A stretch of 64,000 bases of DNA from Balamuthia mandrillaris (taxonomy: Eukaryota). Where the stretch lies: assembly GCA_031835245.2 (NCBI GenBank), contig JAVKOQ020000112.1, forward strand, positions 62,001 to 126,000, given 5' to 3'. Shown here in pieces: positions 40,001-48,316 of this stretch (within the stretch, counting starts at the first letter, position 1; the number at the start of each line of letters is the position of its first letter). The position numbers and the translations under genes are program-made. The notes under the pieces were generated by a model. It worked only from the letters and a program-made list of their open reading frames with translations, ran no database searches and had not been told where the DNA came from.

Positions 40001-42762
40001 CTTGGTAGGTCCATTAAACCAAGGATGTTTGAGGATTTTTGAAATGGAAGGACGTTTATCGGGATCCACTTGAAAGATAGACCGTAGCAGATCCTGTGCC
40101 TCTGTGGTGGAGATGAATTATTACAACACAATAGACAGTTTTACTGTGGAAGATGAGAGAAAACGTTACCGGAAGAAAGGTTTTCGGGAACTTCGTAACG
40201 AGCGCTTTGTATGTCGTTAAAGAATTGCTGGGTATTACGAGAGAAAAAGGGCGGCTTTCCGACCAAAAGACGGTAACTAGATGTTACAAGCCGTCAAACA
40301 TTAATAAGCTGCAACAAAATTTGGTAGAAAGAGTGGCACTCATACAGTATGACGCCTATAGCCCAGATATCGATCTTTTCTCCGGAGTAACATTGGCCAG
40401 CAATTTGTTCGGGAGATACATGGTAAAGGCTGCCTGTTAAGCCGGTAGCAAATAGGTCCCAACCTACCCGCAACAACGAAGTACATTAGTTTTACGCATC
40501 ATTATTTATGAGCTTGGCAGAAACCTTTTCGATATATCCCAGCGTGTCCAAAATCAGTTATCTTTAAAAGTCCGTCGTTGCTGTTGAACGGCAAGCCAGA
40601 TCGTGCATCATTGGGCGCACAAGCAAATAAGTGAGGTTGCAAACAAAACAAAAAGCACACTAATAAAACGAACAAAGAAGGTGTCGTTAAGTACCTAATC
40701 AAAAGGTTCTCTAATTTAAGATCTCGGTGACAAACTCCCTGCATCAGGTATATAAAGTTCAAACACCGACTCCAAATAAAGCAAATAATGGCAGACAAAC
40801 CTTCTTGTGGCAATATCGTACACCGCGCAACAACTGCGGCATGAAGTATCTAGTCACCTTTTCTGAAAGTGGCTACCAACAGTAGCGACAAGAAGAGGAA
40901 TAAAAAGAATAATAAATATAGAAAAAGAAAAGAGACAAGCAAGAAAAAAAAAACGTTAGAGAGCGTACCTTAATATCCGCATAATTTGAGATTGACCCAC
41001 CACCACAGAGCTCCATGACAAAGAAAACGCGATCCTCACTTTCAAGCACCTCATACAGCTTAACAATACTTGGGTGATCCAGCATCATCATTGCCTTATA
41101 TACGTCCAGTCAATTAAGAAGAACGATACAAAGGTGAGGGTTTTTACAAAACCTTGAGTTCGACATCAACTCGAGACATGTCGCTGACATCGCCCTGTTT
41201 AATAATTTTAATGGCTCGGCGTTCACCTGTTTCCGAATTTATTGCAAGTCGAACAACTCCGCTGCTTCCTGCGCCCAGTTTGCGTTTGAGCTCATACTTC
41301 CCGATTTGCTTGCGCTACATGAAAAGCCAGTTAGTAATGTTGGCCTCCATTTGTGATGGAACTAATAAAAAAAGTGCCTTTTGGGACCCTTCTTCATAAT
41401 ATCTCATGATGAGGTCAGCTAAAACCATAAACTCATCTTTTGTAAGAAACCCCGTCTTATCAGTGTCATACTCATCTAGCAATCGCTGTGCGACGCTATG
41501 CTTGTCACACTAACAGAGTCAAAGTTATAGATGAGTCAATAAATAGGGAGGCTTAAAACAGGAGAAAATAAAAGTTTTGGTGAAGTACTTTATCGAACGA
41601 AAGGTTTTTAGTATCTATTCCGTCCTTTTCAAGGGCATTTAGCACAAGCTCAAGCTCTTTAACGCCTAAATCTCCGTCTCGGTCAACGTCCGCCTTCAAT
41701 GAAGAAAAATCCATTTAGCATGAATTTTACCTTTTTTTTTTATAGGAGTTGGGGAGGTACCAGTCTAAAAAGCCAGGTCATATATCGTTTACGGCCTTCA
41801 CTACGACGAAGCAGGTTGTTCAGAAACTTTTTTGTATCCTCTGACAAAAAGGCTTCAGTTCCAGAGTTCAACGGAAGCACAGCAGACATAGCCTCTGAAA
41901 GGAAATAAGAATGGACAAAAGCAGAGAGCAATGGGTCAAGGGTCACCCTAATCATTACGAGCGATATGCGTACCGTGCAAATACTTCACTTTGGGAGAAC
42001 CCTGCCCAAGCAGCGCAGGCGTCTCAGTATCTCTCGTCCAGTTCAGTTTCGATGCTAAGAAATAGTGAGTCCTCCCTACGACACCACAAAAGCACCACAT
42101 AACATCAATGAAAAGTCACCTCCAACTTGGTCTAGTGTGGTCCAGCAAGGCGAGTCCCTGAGAATAATAAGGAAAATTGAGGTCAGTCAGCCAGCCACAC
42201 AATTTTTACAGCTGGCCGCCATCAAGCGTGCCAATGGCGCCCAAAGGGAACTCTGCAAAGGGGAGGATAAGCTCACCCAACGTCGTCGTCTGAGAGATCT
42301 CCTTTCTTCTTCTTTTTCTCTCGCTTTTTCTTGTCTTTGTCTGAAAGCTTCTTATCTTTACCCTCCCGTTTTTTCTTGTCATCTTTGCGCTTCTGTTTGT
42401 CGAACTTTTTCTGATGTGCTTGCAAATGCCGAAGCCATTTCTCAAACTCTTCAGGGTTAAGGGAGCCATCTTCCCCATCATCGAACTGTTGAAACGAGCA
42501 ATACAGAGGAGCAGAGGAGCAGAGGAGCAGAGAACCGTAAACCGGGAGGGAAAGAGAAAGAAGAAACAAGAGCATGAGAAAACACTGAGGAAAGACCGCC
42601 AACGATACGTACGCGAAAGAGAAGCAAAGGAGAGTGCGTAAAGGGGCACTGAACTTCTGGTAGCTTGCTGACCGTCAAAAGGTCATCCAGGGTGAGGACG
42701 CCATCTTTCGTACGGTCTAACTGCTCAAATATCTTTTTAGGTTGGGAGTTTTCATTCCCCAT
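37065..42762 (-). CDS. EF-hand-containing Ser/Thr kinase (CAMK/SNF1-like) with a long charged tail, multi-exon
   Basis: MGNENS start; EF loops DRTKDGVLTLDDL, DDGEDGSLNPEEF, DVDRDGDLGVKEL, DTDKTGFLTKDEF; kinase motifs LGAGSSGVV, AIKII, HRDLKLEN, DFG, SPEQ, DIWAIG. Confidence 0.85.
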
Positions 42763-43972
42763 AGTCCACAACCAGACTTGCGGCGGCTGGCCCAACTCTG
42801 CCCAAAGCCCACGTTGTTGACGTTATAGAAGGAGAACAGGTGGGTGATCAAGTTTCTTGCCAAGCTCGAGCTGTAAACAAGAGAGCTGCTTCTCTTCTGA
42901 GCTATCGTTTGCACTACCACTTGTGCAAACAAATTGCTGGAAGCCTTTGGGGGGGTTTGGCTTGTTGCAGTGGGAGGATAAAAGGCCGAAGAGGAAGGCC
43001 ACCAACGCTTGCCTTCTTCTTCTCGTTGTTGTTGTTGTTGTTGGGCTGTATGGAGGGGGGCTTCACAAGGGGCGGCGCTGAGTTTTTCGGAGACATGACC
43101 CCCCAACTAAATTTTTGATTTATTTTCAAGCCTGATTAAAACAAGTGTTGTGTGGGTGCCCGCCCGTTTGTGATGCTTGTGGTTGGGGAGTGGCCGTGGT
43201 TTTTGTTGTAGGAATAGTTTTCAATCACTCTCATCTTCACAGGGGGGAAGTGGTTCGCCATATCTTCTTTGTGCATGGGAATGGTTTCCCAATCCTCTCT
43301 TCTTCGCGTTGGGGCGCAATTCACAACATGCATGGGAATTATTTGTCCAGCCTCTTTTCATGAATTGACAGTGTCAAAATAAGGCGGCGCAAAGATCATA
43401 AGATCTAAGGACAACGAAAAAAGAAATCACGACATTAGTCTTTTGGGCCAATGAGCATGTTTCCCGCCAAAACAACCCTTCCTTCTCCCACGTCTCTGAA
43501 GGCAAAGTGGTAGGGTGGGTTGTGGGGTGGGGTGAATGGAATGGATGCTCATGCTGCTGCTGCCGCCAATAAACTTTTGGTACTCGTCAGTCGCCTTGAC
43601 ATTTTTCTGCTACTCGTTTTCTTTTCTTTTCTTCTCTTCTCTTCTTTTCTTTCTTTTCAAAAGTAAACACACAGACACACATCCACGCAGCTCCACGCAC
43701 CACCGTATTTCTCATTGCTACGCTTCTACTACACAAGGAGGAAACCAGCCGAAGGAGGCAGAGGTGGAAACCGAAGCGGTTCAGCCGCAGGCAGGGGCAC
43801 TGCTCCGATTGAAAAGGTAGCGTTCTTTTTTCTCTGCTCGCTCACTACATTTTTTGATGATGGAAACAAAATTTGTTACCAACCACTCACTAATGATTTC
43901 TTTTGTTTAAAAAAGAACAGCATCACGAACCTCTGTGCGCCTCTTCCACAACGCTGCTGGAAGCTGGCCTGA

Positions 43973-45716
43973 ATGGCAAGTTGCCCACAGTGCGGAAAAA
44001 AGTTTGCTACCTACCTCTCACGGGTTGGCCATCCACTTCGGTCGGGTTCACAAGGAAGGGGGTCGCGCCACTACTTCTGCTACTTCCACTGCTACTCGGA
44101 AAAGAAGAGCGGAAAACGCCCCAGCGGCACCTCAGGCAAGGGCACAGAAGCGTGGTAGGCCGCAGGCTGCACCTGCCCAGCCCTTTTGGAACCAGTTTTC
44201 CAGCGAAATCGGGAGAAGATTAATACGCCCGGAAGCCTTGTGCTTGGAAGAACCCTTTGCCTGTGGTTCAGGATGGTTCACCGCCTGCAAGCACATTCCT
44301 AACGGAGAAAAGGTGTTGGAGGAGGAGGAGAAGAAGAAGGAGAAGGAGAAGGAGGAAGAGGAAGAGGAAGAGGAGAAGGAGAAGGAGAAGGAGAAGGAAG
44401 AAGAGGAGAAAAACCAGAAAGGCTTGTTAGGCCTCATCGAGGGACTCGTTCCGTCTCGCCCAGCCGTACAGCTCACCAAAAAAGGCAAGAACGGAGAGGA
44501 GAAACCGGTAGTGGGGCGAGTGGAGAAGATCCGCCTTTATCCGCGCTCAGAACAAAAGAAGACGCTGGCCAAGTGGTTCGGCACAGTACGATGGACCTAC
44601 AACAAGGCCGTGGAGTTCCATCGTGAACATAAAGGAATGCCTCTTAAGGAGATGAAGGAACAAGTCAGGGAGAAATTCCTGAATAACGGCAATTTCAACG
44701 GAGAGGACAAGAGCCTTGCGTGGGTGTTGGAAACTCCTCGATACATTCGCAGTGACGCCGTCGATGATTTCTTCAACGGCGTGAAAACCAGCTTGGCGGC
44801 GGGCAGGACTGGATTCAAGATGAAGTTCCGTGGTCGGAAGGACAAGAGCCAGTCTCTCAGCATCCAAGCCAGGGAGTGGAACCACAGCAAGTCCATCCGC
44901 CAACTCCTCTTCGGGGAGGCGCGAATCAAAGCGAGGGACAAGAACTACAAAGTTCCGTCGGAGGTGCTCTATGCCGTTCGTCTGGTGAAAGACACTCGAC
45001 TGGGCCATTACTACCTCTGTGTGCCTCAGCCTTTGAAGCTCATGGGCGAGAGCCAAGCCCGTGAGCACCGAAGGAGAGAGGCAGGCATCATCGCCTTGGA
45101 TCCAGGAGTGCGCACATTCATGACCACCTACAACGGCTGCGGGGAGGTCACCGAGTGGGGCAAAGCGGATATCAACGAGATAGGCAAGCTGTGCCACCGC
45201 CTGGACCGCATGCAGAGTAAGGGCACCAAGGGCAACCACAGGCAACGGCGCCGTCTCCGAAGGGCCGCTGCTCGGCTTCGCCAGAGGATCCGCAACCTGG
45301 TGGATGACCTCCACAAAAAGCTCGTGTTTTGGTTGGTCAAGAACTTCTCCCTCATCCTTCTGCCAGAGTTCAGGAGCCAGCAGATGGTGCGGCGAGGCCA
45401 CCGCCGCATTGGCTCACGAACGGCCAGAGCCATGCTCACCTGGTCCCACTATCGCTTCAGGCAGAGGCTCCTCAACAGGGCCCAGCAATTTCCGTCCTGT
45501 ACGGTCTGCCTCTACGATGAGGAATACACTTCCAAGACCTGCGGCAAGTGCGGCCAAGTCCACCACCAGTTGGGGGGAAACAAGACCTTTCGGTGCCCCC
45601 AACCCGAGTGTGGCTACCAGGCCGATCGAGATGCCAACGCCGCCCGAAACATCTTGATCCGCTTTTTCACTTTACAAGCACTTACCACCTCCTCCTCCTC
45701 TGTGAGGGGGCGGTAG
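43973..45716 (+). CDS. Fanzor2 (IS607-TnpB-derived RNA-guided RuvC nuclease) with N-terminal C2H2 finger; +4 frameshift at 44007-44014
   Basis: PFWNQ, KIRLYPRSEQKKTLAKWFGTVRWTYN, RuvC-I IALDPGVRTF, LLPEF, DEEYTSKTCGKCG...CPQPECG, RuvC-III DRDANAARNI. ATG 43973 joins the long frame only if one CTAC copy is removed. Confidence 0.93.
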
Positions 45717-45792
45717 GCGGTAAGGTTGCTTTGGTGCCGGCACCGTTGCTTATAGCGAGTCGTAAGACAAGCCGTGATTAGGCACGCCGGAG
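45717..45792 (+). ncRNA. Putative Fanzor omegaRNA scaffold (5' end may overlap the ORF)
   Basis: Lies directly 3' of the ORF. Hairpins ggtgccggcacc (45733-44), ttgct-tat-agcga (45746-58), gtc-GTAA-gac (45759-68), cgtg-attagg-cacg (45773-86); gccgg (45786-90) is complementary to ccggc (45737-41). Confidence 0.6.
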
Positions 45793-45889
45793 GTGGGTTA
45801 TTTTTTGTGTCTGTTTTTTGTTTTCCTTTTACTAATTTTGCTTTATTTTCGTTGTCCCATTGATCGGCTTGATCTTGGCGCCGCCTTAG
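45793..45889 (+). other. Predicted 97-nt spliceosomal intron containing the element's right TIR
   Basis: AG|GTGGGT donor, U-rich body, ACTAAT and TTGAT branch-like motifs, no AG before the terminal TTAG. Its 3' part matches the RhoGEF intron at 57579-57693. Confidence 0.65.
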
Positions 45890-45909
45890 TCATTTTGACT
45901 GTCAAAATG

Positions 45910-48260
45910 TATTATTCAAAGAGAACAAGAGGTCTGCCAAAGAAGAGCTCGAAGGGTTTGGAGTCTGAGCGACGGGATATTCACTGATTTAAGGCGAATT
46001 GTGCGATGGGGGAGGAAGGTAGACCAGGTCCGAGGTCACCTTTAAGGGATTTCAGAAGCATGGATTTGGTGAGCTTGACGTGGCTTTCTGCAGCTCTGTT
46101 GGCTCGCGGGTGGCACGAAGAGATGAACCGATGGTCGAAACTTGCCTGGTCACGTACCGCGGACATGAATTGGTTGACAAATTCAGTGCCGTTGTCAGAC
46201 TGGACTATTTTGGGGAAGCCGAGCTCGCAGATAACCTTGACAAACTCGCGGGAGACTGCGGATTTGTCCTTAAGAGGGCGGAGAATCGTAAAGCGAGTGG
46301 CGATGTCCGTGATGCTGAAGATGTACGTGAGGGAGCCGGGAGTTGGCTGTCATCGAGTTCATTTTTGGGCTTTGGGGTCAGAGTTTTGGCGTTCTGAGGA
46401 ACTTGAGGAACATTCAGCGGTGCGTTGCTGAGGATGGAAGGGGAGTACAACCGTGAAAGGGAGTCCTCTAAGATGTGGTGAATTCCAGGCCGGTGGAAAA
46501 CCTCGAAGTCGGAATGGAAAATCACGAGAGCCCAGTGTGCAAGCACGCTATTGAGGTCTTTCGCGTTGAAAAGATGCACAAGGGGTCTGTGGTCGGTGTA
46601 GAGTAAGAAACGTCGGCCGATTAGGTAATACCAGATTACAGTGGAATCTGCGGGGGGCGAAGATGAAAGCAAGCAGCTCTCTTTTGATGGAAGGATGATT
46701 GCGTTGAGCGGGGTTAAGAGCCTTGCTGGCGAAAGAGAGTAGCTACGTTTGCCGTTATCGTCTTCTTGGAAAGTACAGGACCAACACCGTGCTGAGAAGC
46801 GTCGGTGCCAACACGAAAGGGTTTGTCCCAATCTGGTGCGCTTAGAATGGTTGGACTGGAGATGACGCGCTTGAAAGTATTGAGTGATCTGGTGAAGACC
46901 AAGATGTCGTCCACATGGTGGGAAGAGATATCGATCAGGAGGCGGAGGGCGGCTGCGATGAAGCGGGACATGACAGCCTGAACGTGCTTGACGCCGAAAG
47001 GTGCGCCCACGAGTCGTACGCCATACCATGTGAAGGTAAGTTTTTTCTGATGCGGTGGATAAACCAGGATTTGGTTGTAGGACCAGACGAGGTCCAAGAG
47101 GGTAGCCCATTTGAGGCCTAGAGCTCGTTCGATGAGAACCTTGGTGTCCTCGATCGGGTACTCGTCGTCGGCGAGGAGAGAGTTAATGCCGCCAGACGGT
47201 GATGTCTGCGCTTGGCTAGAGTTGAGTGCTGCAGGCTGGCGGGGTTTACACTGATGACCAGGATGCCAGGGCGCTGAGCACTTTGCTTTTGGGTGCTGTC
47301 TCATCAGCTTTATGCGTTTACATTCGGCTGCTGAGTGTCCGGATGTGGGGTGAAGAGCGCAGCTGGTGCTAGAGGGAGCCTTGTGCGCGTAGAGATTAGC
47401 TTCGACGCTAAGGGCTATCTGCACAGCTTCATCGTACTTCTCTGCGTTCCGCGAGAGCAGTACGTTGCTGACTGATTCCAGGAGACAAGGGTTGAGGCAG
47501 CGTTTCAGCGCGGCTGTCTTTCTGGGCTTCAGACGGCTGCTCAACCATCTGTTGAAGGATGTTGTCAATCCTCTCGATGACCTTTCTCACCGGTTCCTTG
47601 GGTCGGTGAGTCAGCTTGAATAAGTCGTCATGGAGACGGGTTTGAGTTCCGCGCTGCCGAAGGGGGTGGCGTAGACGTCTCTGGCCTGATGCCATGGCAA
47701 GCGAGGTATAACTATGTTGTTTTGCACCCAGCTGGAAGCGGTCTTAGACCCTTGTGTGTACTTTGCTAGGGCCATGTTCCACATGTTGGAGATGCAGGTT
47801 GACAATCTGAAGGTTGTTCTCCAGTTGCCGAAGGAAGGGTTCCGGGTCGCCGTCACGTTCAGGGTTGTAAGCGGGAAGACCAGTCGGAATCTTAGAGGAA
47901 AACGAAGGAGAGTCCGGAGAGGTAGGTCGTGCCGAAGGGGAGAATAACGCTCTGTAAATGATAGATCAGCTGCACGGTAGGGGGTGTCCGCTACACAGGG
48001 TGTACTGTCGAGAAGAGGCTCTCTTCGCCTTTGACCTTTTCGGGCTCGGTGTGTTGTTGCCGTTGGGCTAAGGCCACTTGGTTGAGCTCTATGCGCTCCA
48101 GGCGGTCTGCTATTTTGTTCACGATGCGGGTGTTTCGAGACAAAGACGGACTCGTCTGTGCTTAAGGAGGGCATCAACAGCTTCTACGAGGTAGGAGATG
48201 TTGGAGGTTTGAAGCTCGAGGCTGTCGAGCCGTTTGGAGGGGTATTGGGGGTCTTTCTGC
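45910..48260 (-). mobile_element. Decayed, internally deleted Ty3/Gypsy LTR retrotransposon
   Basis: Gag-like region; RT fragments LDL..YNQI and HVDDILVF; RNase H FRVGTDASQHGVG and FLLYTDHRPL; integrase VQSDNGTEF and HPRAN. Frameshifted; no LTRs identified; boundaries approximate. Confidence 0.85.
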
Positions 48261-48316
48261 TCCACTTGTTTTGTTTTTGTTTTTGTTTTTTCTTTTTGCA
48301 CTTGACATGCAACAGA

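Larger units (their letters stand above)
43380..45888 (+). mobile_element. Fanzor2-encoding DNA element with imperfect ~45-bp TIRs, TA at both ends, no transposase
   Basis: Left taaggcggcgcaaagatca...ggacaacgaaaa (43380-43420) versus the reverse complement of the right end taaggcggcgccaagatca...ggacaacgaaaa (45846-45888): 18/19 then 12/12 identity. Confidence 0.85.

Noticed and set aside
36637..43710. Direct repeats flanking the kinase as LTRs of a gene-capturing element
   Set aside because: No TG..CA termini or TSD; the right copy is the internal left arm of the Fanzor element.
43935..43972. GTG start of the 593-aa ORF in the ORF track
   Set aside because: Non-ATG start in a eukaryote; ATG 43973 with frameshift repair gives a complete C2H2 finger.
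44547..45401. Long antisense ORFs (here and over the actin, TauE and AlaRS genes)
   Set aside because: Shadow frames of GC-rich coding sequence with no recognisable motifs.
43435..45891. TTAGTC direct repeat near both ends of the Fanzor element as a possible TSD or IS607 core
   Set aside because: The left copy lies inside the element, past the TIR; the TIR-plus-TA boundaries explain the ends better.
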